Positions 56,007-64,000 of a DNA stretch of 64,000 nt are shown here, piece after piece. Made by a program: the position numbers and the translations under genes. Positions within the stretch are counted from its first letter, which is position 1. Every line of letters starts with the position of its first letter. The DNA comes from an uncultured Lentisphaeria bacterium (GTDB lineage Bacteria > Fidelibacterota > UBA8477 > JABMPR01): positions 432,083 to 496,082 of the forward strand of contig CAYVVT010000001.1 in assembly GCA_964454335.1 (NCBI GenBank), in the 5' to 3' direction. A model generated the notes under the pieces. That model saw only the letters and a program-made list of their open reading frames with translations, was not told the origin of the DNA and made no database searches.

Positions 56007-57239
56007 CTACCTGTCCAGGAAGGCCTCGAGCTCATTCAGGTCCGGCGGCAGGGTCTGCAGCTCCGGGAGAGCTGCTTGTGCGTGGGGGATGTCTTTCAAA
56101 CCGGAGCCTGTGATAAGCAGCACCAGCTTTTCCTCAGATTCAAGCCGCCCTTCGCTTTGCAGCCGGAGAAGTCCGGCCATGACGGAAACTGCTGCCGGTT
56201 CAGCAAAAAGGCCGAATTCAGCTGCCAGGATCTGCTGTGCTGCCAGGATCTCCTCATCAGTTACGGTGATGCCGAAACCACCGCTCTGCCGAATGCTCAT
56301 GCGGGCTTTCTCCCCATCCCGGGGGAGATCGACTGAAATGCTGTCTGCAATGGTATTGGACGATACGGACCGGATGGGATCGTCATGATCCAGGCTGTTC
56401 ACAATGGCGGCCGATCCTTCAGCCTGTACGGCCACCAGCTGTGGAATGCTTTCGATCCAACCAAGCTTGAACAGGTCCTCAAATCCACGGTACAGCCCGC
56501 TGATGATGCAGCCGTCACCCACCGGCACCAGGACCCGGTCAGGAACCTCCCAATCCAACTGTTCGGCGATCTCCAGTGCTGCCGTTTTCTTGCCTTCGGC
56601 CAGGATGGGATTGATACCGGTATTGCGGCAGTAGTAGCCCCGTCGTTCGGCGAGATCGCGAGCCAGGTCGAAGGCAGTATCATAGTTGGCTTCAATGGGC
56701 AGCAAGCTCGCACCATGTTGTCGGATCTGTACCAGCTTGGCCGGTGGTGCATCAGCTGGAATACAAAGAATGGCACGTTTGCCATGATAGGCAGACAGAC
56801 AGGCCAGGGATGCTCCGGCGTTGCCAGTAGAGGCCGCGATGATGGTATCCAGGCCCATCTCATCCGCATGCTGAATACCCAGGGCCGAGGCCCGGTCCTT
56901 CAAAGAAAGACTGGGCAGTCGTGTATCATCCTTGATCCACAACTCTCTCATACCATATCTGACAGCTGCATCGGGAAATGGTATAAGCGGGGTGTTGCCC
57001 ACGGTGAGGCCTCTGCGCTCAGGTCTCTGATTCACTGGCAACAAGGGTAGGTAGCGCCAGATGGATCTATCGGTTTCGGTCTGCAGATCGGCTTTTGTCC
57101 AACGGTCCCGGATATGATCGTAATCAAATACGAAGGTCAGATTGTGTCCGCACTCCTGACAGACATAGGAGTAGGGGTCCACGCCCAGTTCACTGTGACA
57201 GTGGATGCATTCCAGCTTGAGGATGGCTTCCCGGTCCAT
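56007..57239 (-). CDS. Threonine synthase-like fold-type II PLP enzyme with an N-terminal zinc ribbon.
   Basis: CIHCHSEL...CQECGHNL zinc ribbon; a SLKDRAS PLP-lysine region. Confidence 0.6.
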   Translation of the reverse strand: MDREAILKLECIHCHSELGVDPYSYVCQECGHNLTFVFDYDHIRDRWTKADLQTETDRSIWRYLPLLPVNQRPERRGLTVGNTPLIPFPDAAVRYGMRELWIKDDTRLPSLSLKDRASALGIQHADEMGLDTIIAASTGNAGASLACLSAYHGKRAILCIPADAPPAKLVQIRQHGASLLPIEANYDTAFDLARDLAERRGYYCRNTGINPILAEGKKTAALEIAEQLDWEVPDRVLVPVGDGCIISGLYRGFEDLFKLGWIESIPQLVAVQAEGSAAIVNSLDHDDPIRSVSSNTIADSISVDLPRDGEKARMSIRQSGGFGITVTDEEILAAQQILAAEFGLFAEPAAVSVMAGLLRLQSEGRLESEEKLVLLITGSGLKDIPHAQAALPELQTLPPDLNELEAFLDR

Positions 57240-58714
57240 TACTCGTATTGCTTGCGCAATCCAGTCCGTTCGTTGAATGCACGGATGCGTTCATCCCAGA
57301 TGTCTTTCTGGGCATAGCGCTGTGACCAGTAGTTCCTGTCGTACCATTGGGCATCCAGCTCCTCGGCGGTTTTCCCCTGCTGCTCCACCCAGGTGAAGTA
57401 TTTCAGGTTATGCATTCGTTTCCGGTCGTAGTAGGAAAGCTCCAGGACACCTTCAGTGGAATTACCCAGCAAACGGCGTTCAAAATCCACCTGGGCCTGC
57501 ACGGGGGAGTAATCTCCTTCTGCCTCTCGGGCTTCTTCCAGTCGCGAACCGTACATTTCCATGGAATCGGTTGCCACCGTGAAAACGATATCGTTGGAAT
57601 CGAATTCATAGTAGCGGGCCATCTTGATAGCCCCGAGGATATTGGCGATACTGGAGATACCCAGGAGGTCCAGCCTATCCACCAGTTCACCACTGATACC
57701 GGTGGATCTCAGGAATTCCTTACCACTGGGTTCGTTGAATAATCGAATAAGGTTCATGGGCAGGTCATCATCGATCCCGATGACCATATCCATATTGCGC
57801 AGGTTGTGGATCCAGGGCACATGTTTGTCACCGATACCCTCGATACGATGGCCGCCATAGCCGTTGTATAGCAGTGTCGGCACCTGCAGGGCCTCCCCAG
57901 CGGCGATCTTAATGGATGGGAAGTGCTCCCGGAGGTAATCGCCGCAGCCCAGTGTGCCGGCCGATCCCTGGGTGAGGAACAATCCACTGAACCGGCTTTC
58001 GGCAGAGCCCTGCTGGTTGTAGACCTCCTGCATGGCTGGCCCGGTTACAGCATAATGCCACAGTGAGTTACCGATCTCTTCAAACTGGTTCAGCACGACG
58101 ATCTGGTCGCCACGCTCTTTCAACAGTTCATGGACCTTATCATAGATCTCTTTGACGTTGGCTTCACCTCCCGGTGTCCTGATCACCTCGGCCTCTACCT
58201 CGTCCAGCCATTCAAAACGTTCTTTTGACATTTCCTCGGGGAGTACCGCGATTGCCGGGCAATCCAGGAGCCGACTGTTATAGGCACCTCCGCGGCAATA
58301 GTTACCGGTGGAGGGCCACAGAGCCTTCTGACGTGTTGGATCGAAGTGGCCGTTCACCAGCTTCTCCACCAGGGGACCGAAGGTCGCCCCTACCTTGTGC
58401 GCACCGGTTGGGAAGAATTTCCCCAACAGAACGATGATGCGCGCTTCGACACCGCTGAGCTCACTCGGCAGTTCCAGGAAGTTGACCCCTCCATAGCCAC
58501 CGCCATGTGACACCGGTTCGTTCTTCCAGGTTATGCGGAAAAGGTTCCGGGGATTGATATCCCAGAGACCAATATCCTTCAGCTCAGCTTTGATACCTGC
58601 CGGGACCAGCTCCGGATTGGCCATCTCCTCATAGGTGGGAATGATGATATTCCTCTCGCGGCAGCGCTGGATGGTATTCTCAAGGATCGTTTCGCTTGTG
58701 TGCATGCTGTTCAT
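57239..58714 (-). CDS. Fold-type II PLP-dependent enzyme (TrpB/CysK-like), 491 aa, specificity unknown.
   Basis: FPTGAHKVGATFGP matches the TrpB-like PLP-lysine motif xTGxHK, and TQGSAGTLGCG is a glycine-rich PLP phosphate loop. Confidence 0.55.
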   Translation of the reverse strand: MNSMHTSETILENTIQRCRERNIIIPTYEEMANPELVPAGIKAELKDIGLWDINPRNLFRITWKNEPVSHGGGYGGVNFLELPSELSGVEARIIVLLGKFFPTGAHKVGATFGPLVEKLVNGHFDPTRQKALWPSTGNYCRGGAYNSRLLDCPAIAVLPEEMSKERFEWLDEVEAEVIRTPGGEANVKEIYDKVHELLKERGDQIVVLNQFEEIGNSLWHYAVTGPAMQEVYNQQGSAESRFSGLFLTQGSAGTLGCGDYLREHFPSIKIAAGEALQVPTLLYNGYGGHRIEGIGDKHVPWIHNLRNMDMVIGIDDDLPMNLIRLFNEPSGKEFLRSTGISGELVDRLDLLGISSIANILGAIKMARYYEFDSNDIVFTVATDSMEMYGSRLEEAREAEGDYSPVQAQVDFERRLLGNSTEGVLELSYYDRKRMHNLKYFTWVEQQGKTAEELDAQWYDRNYWSQRYAQKDIWDERIRAFNERTGLRKQYE

Positions 58715-58717
58715 CCC

Positions 58718-59896
58718 CTATACCAGGCCGCTGAGATCGAAGACATCTGTCAGGGGCCGGTTTTGATGATCGAAAGCTGTCAGGTACATCATGGCAGCGA
58801 TGACAAATGGTTTGTAGCTGGCTTCCAGATAGGTATCACGCCGGTACTTCTCGAACACATCCTTACTCACCTCCCCATGCTCGCAGCTGACGTCGGTGAT
58901 ATCAGCGGGCAGACAATGCATGTAGAGGGCTTCACCATCTTTTGTCAGCTTCATCTTCTCTGCGTCACACTCCCAGTCCGTGAAGCGGGCGTTGTTGGCC
59001 AGGCACTCCTGTTCGAGACGCTGGAGCCCCGGCTTATCGGCAGCATTCAACAAGGCCGTACGTTCCTCCATGACATGGAAGGGTGCCCAGGACTTGGGAT
59101 ATACGATATCCGCGCCACTGAAGGCCGCTTCCATACTGTTCACGATCTCAAAGGAACCTCCGCCGGATGCTGCCTGCTCTTTCGCACGACCCTGGACTTC
59201 GGGGATCAGGCCATAACCTTCGGGATATGCCAGAGTGATGTCCATACCAAAACGGGTGAGCAAACCGATGATGCCCTGCGGCACGGAAAGGGGCTTCCCA
59301 TAACTGGGTGAATAAGCCCAGGTCATGGCCAGTTTTTTCCCCTGCAGGGTTTCCAGACTACCAAAATGCTTGATGAGCCAGGCCAGGTCTGCCATGCTCT
59401 GAGTGGGATGATCGATGTCGCACTGCAGGTTGATCAGGCCGGGTCGCTGGTGCAGCACGCCTTCTTCATATCCGGCCTGTACGGCTTCAGAAACCTCAAC
59501 CATGTAGCTGTGGCCTTCTCCCAGATACATGTCGTCCCGGATACCAATGATCCGAGCCAGGAATGAGATCATATTGGCGGTTTCCCGGACAGTCTCTCCG
59601 TGGGAAACCTGTGATTTTTCCTCGTCCAGATCTGAGACAGCCAGCCCCATGGCATTCGCAGCAGACGCGAAGCTGAATCTCGTACGCGTTGACTTATCCC
59701 GAAAAAGGGATACCGCCAGACCGTCGTGAAAAACCTGCATTGGTTTTCCCCTTGCATGCAGGCTCCGCAGGAATTCTGCCAGATGCAGAGTTGCTTTTAA
59801 TTCATCATCGGTCTTGTCCCAGGTGAGCAAAAAATCCGCCCCATATCCTCTGATATCCTGGTTATCAAATTCGGCAGCAAGTTCGTTCAGGTTCAT
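58718..59896 (-). CDS. ygeW: YgeW-like carbamoyltransferase (oxamate carbamoyltransferase-like).
   Basis: STRTR carbamoyl-phosphate binding motif; 392 aa, which fits the YgeW subfamily size rather than the 310-330 aa of OTC/ATC. Confidence 0.75.
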   Translation of the reverse strand: MNLNELAAEFDNQDIRGYGADFLLTWDKTDDELKATLHLAEFLRSLHARGKPMQVFHDGLAVSLFRDKSTRTRFSFASAANAMGLAVSDLDEEKSQVSHGETVRETANMISFLARIIGIRDDMYLGEGHSYMVEVSEAVQAGYEEGVLHQRPGLINLQCDIDHPTQSMADLAWLIKHFGSLETLQGKKLAMTWAYSPSYGKPLSVPQGIIGLLTRFGMDITLAYPEGYGLIPEVQGRAKEQAASGGGSFEIVNSMEAAFSGADIVYPKSWAPFHVMEERTALLNAADKPGLQRLEQECLANNARFTDWECDAEKMKLTKDGEALYMHCLPADITDVSCEHGEVSKDVFEKYRRDTYLEASYKPFVIAAMMYLTAFDHQNRPLTDVFDLSGLV

Positions 59897-59917
59897 AGTA
59901 TTGATATTATCCCCATT

Positions 59918-60868
59918 CTATTCATTGGTGATGTGGGTCCCGGTTTCCCCGGCCAATGCTCTTTCAATGTTCTCCGGGCTGGTTATGATGGTGCGTTGAC
60001 CCCCGCTCTTCAGGAAGTTCACGGCAGCCTGGATCTTTGGAGCCATACTGCCGGCACCAAAATGGATCCCTTCCGCCAGATATTGCTCTGCCTGGGTGAC
60101 CGTCATCGAATCGATCCAGTGCTCGTCGGCTTTACCATAATGCAGGGCGACCTGATCCACATCTGTACTGATGATGAACAGTTCGGCGCCGAGATTACTG
60201 GCCAGTAAGGCGGCTGAAAGATCCTTGTCAATCACTGCCGCAACGCCCTTGAGCAGTCCATTTTCCTTGCGGATGACGGGAATACCGCCGCCCCCCACCG
60301 CGATGACGATGACCCCGGCATTGAGCAGATCACGGATAGCCTGCTCCTCCAGGATCTTCATGGGTATGGGCGAGGGGATCACCCGGCGCCAGCCACGGCC
60401 GGCATCCTCCACCACATTCCATCCATCTTCATCAGCGTGTTTCCGGGCCTTAGCCTCCTCCATGAACGAGCCGATGGGCTTGCTGGGGGTCTGAAAAGCC
60501 GGATCAGATGGATCCACCTCAACCTGGGTCACAATGGTGACAGCCTGTTTGTTCAACCCGAATTGCTGAAAATCGTTCTGCAGGTTCTGCTGCAGGGCGT
60601 AGCCGATGGCACCCTGAGTGTCGGCGACACAGGCATCTACCGGTACCTGGTGCAATTCACCTGCTGATAGCTCTGAGCGCCTGAGGATGAAGCCGACCTG
60701 AGGGCCATTGCCATGGGCGATGACCACATCCCAGCCATCCTGGATGAGTGAGACCACATGATCACAGGTCTCCTTGGCGGCGATGTACTGGTCCCTTACC
60801 GTCTGATGATAGCGGTCCTTGATGAGGGAGTTACCGCCGATGGCAATGACTGCTAGCCGGGCGGACAT
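59918..60868 (-). CDS. Carbamate kinase.
   Basis: LAVIAIGGNSL...VVIAHGNGPQVG is the carbamate kinase family. Confidence 0.85.
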   Translation of the reverse strand: MSARLAVIAIGGNSLIKDRYHQTVRDQYIAAKETCDHVVSLIQDGWDVVIAHGNGPQVGFILRRSELSAGELHQVPVDACVADTQGAIGYALQQNLQNDFQQFGLNKQAVTIVTQVEVDPSDPAFQTPSKPIGSFMEEAKARKHADEDGWNVVEDAGRGWRRVIPSPIPMKILEEQAIRDLLNAGVIVIAVGGGGIPVIRKENGLLKGVAAVIDKDLSAALLASNLGAELFIISTDVDQVALHYGKADEHWIDSMTVTQAEQYLAEGIHFGAGSMAPKIQAAVNFLKSGGQRTIITSPENIERALAGETGTHITNE

Positions 60869-60887
60869 TATATAATCCTCCAATTGT

Positions 60888-61841
60888 TCATTCCATGGCT
60901 CCCAGTACCAGGGACAGCAGAGCCATTCTCATGACCACACCATTGAATGCTTCAACCCAGTAACGCTGGTGACGGGTACCATCTACATCTGGAGTGAGCT
61001 CATCCATACGGGGCAGTGAGTGCAGGACAATTGCGTCCGCTTTGCCCTTATCCCGCAGCAGGGCCTGGGTGACCTGGTATTCCTTGGGTGTCAGTCCTTT
61101 ATCCTCGGTGGCCTCATCCCGGCTCACGGTATAGTCTGCCTGGACCACGGGCTCCATGTAAATGACATCCACTTTGTCGATGACTTCGTGGACGCTCTCC
61201 GCTACAGAATAGCGGGTACCCATGGCCGTGATCTCTTTTTCGAACTCTGGCAGCAATGACATGTCCTCCGGCGCGACGACAAAGGCCTCAGCATCGAATT
61301 GTGACAGGGCATAGAGAATGGAATGCATGGTGCGCATGCGCATATCACCGACCAGCAGGTACTTCAGACCGTCCAGGCTCCCCATCTCTGTGTGGATCGT
61401 GTATAGATCCGTAAGGACCTGCGTCGGGTGCTCGCCCCAGCCGTCCCCGCAATTGATCACCGGTACCGACGACCATTTGGCGGCTTCATGCGGAGCCCCC
61501 TGTTGGAAATGACGAATGGCGATGACGTCGCCGTAATATTCCAGCATGTGAAAGGTGTCCTTTAGGGACTCCTGGTAGAAATCCCCAGCCCGGGTCATCT
61601 TTGCATCGGAGAAGCCCAGGACATGCCCCCCAAGACGATGCATGGCTGCTTCAGTAGCCAGACGGGTTCGGGTACTGGGTTGGTAGAAAGCCGTCAGCAG
61701 GGTCTTTTCTGCAAGCAGGTCAGTATTGCATCGATTGTAAGCGTGTGGTTTCAACCGGTCTGCAACCTCGAAGACACGTTCATATTCATGCCGTTCGAAA
61801 TCCTTAAGTGATAGAATATCCCTTCCTGCAAAACTTCTCAT
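60888..61841 (-). CDS. Carbamoyltransferase of the ATCase/OTCase superfamily (a second one).
   Basis: STRTR, HPTQ and HSLP motifs; 317 aa. Confidence 0.75.
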   Translation of the reverse strand: MRSFAGRDILSLKDFERHEYERVFEVADRLKPHAYNRCNTDLLAEKTLLTAFYQPSTRTRLATEAAMHRLGGHVLGFSDAKMTRAGDFYQESLKDTFHMLEYYGDVIAIRHFQQGAPHEAAKWSSVPVINCGDGWGEHPTQVLTDLYTIHTEMGSLDGLKYLLVGDMRMRTMHSILYALSQFDAEAFVVAPEDMSLLPEFEKEITAMGTRYSVAESVHEVIDKVDVIYMEPVVQADYTVSRDEATEDKGLTPKEYQVTQALLRDKGKADAIVLHSLPRMDELTPDVDGTRHQRYWVEAFNGVVMRMALLSLVLGAME

Positions 61842-61870
61842 AGATCCTCCTTCAAATATTTAAATCTTTA

Positions 61871-63166
61871 TCAGTTTTTCATTTTCTTCCAGAGCTGAGC
61901 TGCCGCTTTACGGGCTTCAGCCAGAATTGCAGCTTCATCGATATCGATCCAATCGCCGTCACGTCTGCGAAATACACCATTGGTCATGACGTCCCTGGGT
62001 TCACCGAGACCCCACAGGAGATGCGAGTTAACATTCCGTGCTGCGAGTGGTGTTCTGCCGGGATAATCATAGAATGCCATATCAGCGGGATGTCCGGTGG
62101 TGATCTGTCCAATGGCATAGCCAAACAGTTTGCTGGCGATGGTGGCGTTATTCCCGAACAAAAGTTGCAGATAGTCATGGGTATATTCGGATGAAGCGGC
62201 ACGGATCAGAGTGCCCTCTTTTGCTTCTGCCAGCATGTTGAATTGCATTCCATCAGTTCCCAGACCGGCCTTCAACCCATAAATGGAATCACTGGCCAGA
62301 ATACCCACGCGGTTGTTGGCGTTGGAGGTGGGATTATGAATGAGACTGATCTGCCGTCGTTTGAGCGTATCCACATCTACATCCCTGAGGTGGATCCCGT
62401 GTGCGATGACCGAATACTTGTTCAATAGACCGAACTTGTCCAGCCGATCCACAACTGAGGCGTATTCCTTGGTCTGGGCATCGGCCTCGTCGGCCTCATC
62501 CTCGGAGAGGTGAATATGGATACCAACCCCATGCAATGCTGAGAGCCGGTTCTTGATCTCCATCAGGGATTCGTCGGACAGGGTGAAAGAGGCGTGCAGA
62601 CCGAGCAGGGGCAGCACCATGGGATCGTCCTCATATTTCTTGACGGCAGCCACATTTGCGTCCAGCTGCTGATGAAAGATCTTTGCGCCGTCCCGGTCTG
62701 AGGACTCAAAGGCGATGGCGATACGGATTCCCAGGTTTTTCGCTTCGGCTACGAGCATGTCAAGAACACCTGGAACAGCCTTCGGGCTTGAATGATGATC
62801 AAAAATGGTGGTGCAGCCCCAGCGAAGACTCTCGAGTAAACCGGTTCTGAATGAAATCCTGATCAGGTCTTTGTCCAGAGCACGGTCCAGAGGCCACCAG
62901 ATCCTCTCTAGGATATTGACGAAGTTCTGTGGCTTTTCTGTGGGTGGGGGCATTCCCAGTGCCAGTGTGGAATACAGGTGGGTGTGGGTATTGATCATGC
63001 CGGGCAGCACCAGTCGGCCCTGCATATCCAGGATCTCGGATTTGCTCCGTTTGATGGGATCCGGGCGAATGGTCTTGATCTTACCGGCATCGATCTCAAT
63101 GGCCCCATTCTCAATTAAATCCTGTTCCTGGAGCGGGTCGATGATCTTCAGGTTGTTTAACCACAT
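61871..63166 (-). CDS. ssnA: SsnA-like aminohydrolase.
   Basis: RIWWPLDRALDKD, GCTTIFDHHSSP, IHIHLSEDEAD and LGTDGMQFNM closely parallel E. coli SsnA blocks. Confidence 0.8.
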   Translation of the reverse strand: MWLNNLKIIDPLQEQDLIENGAIEIDAGKIKTIRPDPIKRSKSEILDMQGRLVLPGMINTHTHLYSTLALGMPPPTEKPQNFVNILERIWWPLDRALDKDLIRISFRTGLLESLRWGCTTIFDHHSSPKAVPGVLDMLVAEAKNLGIRIAIAFESSDRDGAKIFHQQLDANVAAVKKYEDDPMVLPLLGLHASFTLSDESLMEIKNRLSALHGVGIHIHLSEDEADEADAQTKEYASVVDRLDKFGLLNKYSVIAHGIHLRDVDVDTLKRRQISLIHNPTSNANNRVGILASDSIYGLKAGLGTDGMQFNMLAEAKEGTLIRAASSEYTHDYLQLLFGNNATIASKLFGYAIGQITTGHPADMAFYDYPGRTPLAARNVNSHLLWGLGEPRDVMTNGVFRRRDGDWIDIDEAAILAEARKAAAQLWKKMKN

Positions 63167-63170
63167 TGGT

Positions 63171-64000
63171 TCAGACTCCCCCTTCGGTGTTGTCTAAAAG
63201 TTCTAGGATCATTTCGGGATGCATGGGAATGTGATCCACAGGCCTCTTGATTGCATTGCTCACTGCATTTGCGATCGCTGCTGCCGTGGGTATGATGGCT
63301 GGTTCACCAATCCCCTTGGCCCCCCAGGGACCCAGCGGCTCAGGATCCTCAACGATAATTGTCTCTATTTCACCGACATCTGCCGCAGTGGGCAGCAGAT
63401 AGGTGCTCAGATTGTCGTTCATAACTTCACCACCACTGTATTGCAGGTCTTCGGTCACAGCCCAGCCGATGCCCTGGACCGTGCCGCCCTCTACCTGTGC
63501 TTCCAGACCGGCGGGATTGATGGCCCGGCCAACATCGTGGGCTGCCCAGATCTTTTGCACACGAACGCGCCCGGTGATGGTGTCCACCTGTACGGCGGCA
63601 ATATGAGTGGCGTAGGAATAGGTGAAGTAGGCTTCGCCTACCCCTTTTTTTGCATCATAGGTCAATTCCGGGACATGCCACCAGCCAAGGCTTTCCATGT
63701 TGAGATTGTTCAGAAAAAGGAAGTCCGCAATCTCCTTCAGGGAGGTCTGCTTTCCTGATCCCTTATCATGGGCAATTCCCTGTGAAAGTTCCACCGACTC
63801 CGCTTCACAGTTCATCAGGCGGGCTGCGGCATCGATGATACCGGCTCGTAGTTGACGGGCGGCATCACGAATGGCGTTCCCGGTCATCATCACGTTCCGA
63901 CTGGCTACCGAGGGTCCGCTGTCCGGGACCTGGTGCGTATCGGTGGGCAGCACATGGATGTCTTCGATCCGGATACCCAGTGCTTCGGCCGCCATCTGCG
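63171..64000 (-). CDS. Molybdopterin-binding subunit of a second xanthine-dehydrogenase-family enzyme. Only the C-terminal part lies in the window; the gene continues past its 3' edge.
   Basis: The C-terminal Mo-hydroxylase domain (…GIGEPAIIPTAAAIANAV…) with the frame open to the window end. Confidence 0.8.
   Translation of the reverse strand, partial: QMAAEALGIRIEDIHVLPTDTHQVPDSGPSVASRNVMMTGNAIRDAARQLRAGIIDAAARLMNCEAESVELSQGIAHDKGSGKQTSLKEIADFLFLNNLNMESLGWWHVPELTYDAKKGVGEAYFTYSYATHIAAVQVDTITGRVRVQKIWAAHDVGRAINPAGLEAQVEGGTVQGIGWAVTEDLQYSGGEVMNDNLSTYLLPTAADVGEIETIIVEDPEPLGPWGAKGIGEPAIIPTAAAIANAVSNAIKRPVDHIPMHPEMILELLDNTEGGV

Noticed and set aside
45906-64000. Selenocysteine codons within the molybdenum hydroxylase or ygfK genes
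   Set aside because: These genes read through without in-frame TGA. The selenium link of this system is a cofactor, not Sec, so none was expected and none was seen.

Overview
This is a 64 kb window of bacterial chromosome, about 55% GC. Most genes are preceded by Shine-Dalgarno-like sequences, and several secreted proteins end in the T9SS C-terminal sorting domain (NYPNPFN... motif), which points to an anaerobic, T9SS-bearing (FCB-type or candidate-phylum) lineage. From start to end the window holds: a DUF5916-like gene truncated at the 5' end; a small cluster of a cytidylyltransferase-like gene, an OPA-family MFS transporter and a porin; a zinc-ribbon membrane protein; a heterodimeric ABC exporter pair followed by a radical SAM enzyme that carries a TAT lipoprotein-like signal; a T9SS-secreted S8 protease with a MAM domain; two paralogous prepilin-like genes; a hybrid histidine kinase; a TAT amidase; an SLC13 permease with TrkA-C domains; a GH57-like T9SS glycosidase; a T9SS-secreted thioredoxin-like selenoprotein with an in-frame UGA at the CxxC position; a run of pta, ackA, ACP, a NagR-like regulator, a DUF4954-like gene and nagB; a ClC channel; dinB, tag and pcm; and a large cluster (45.9-64 kb) that looks like a selenium-dependent molybdenum hydroxylase / anaerobic purine-urate catabolism island. 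That island carries two xanthine-dehydrogenase-type subunit sets, ygfK-, ssnA- and ygeW-like genes, a carbamate kinase, a second carbamoyltransferase and two PLP enzymes. The most unusual feature is a family of non-coding repeat units of about 250-550 bp, present in at least eight copies in intergenic regions, two of them in tandem. Their conserved hairpins show compensatory base changes between copies, which fits a structured RNA or a structured mobile repeat. The short terminal motif of these units also forms inverted repeats around a four-helix-bundle (Avd/IVS-like) gene that sits inside the purine cluster. Everything below comes from reading the sequence and the ORF translations; no database search was run.
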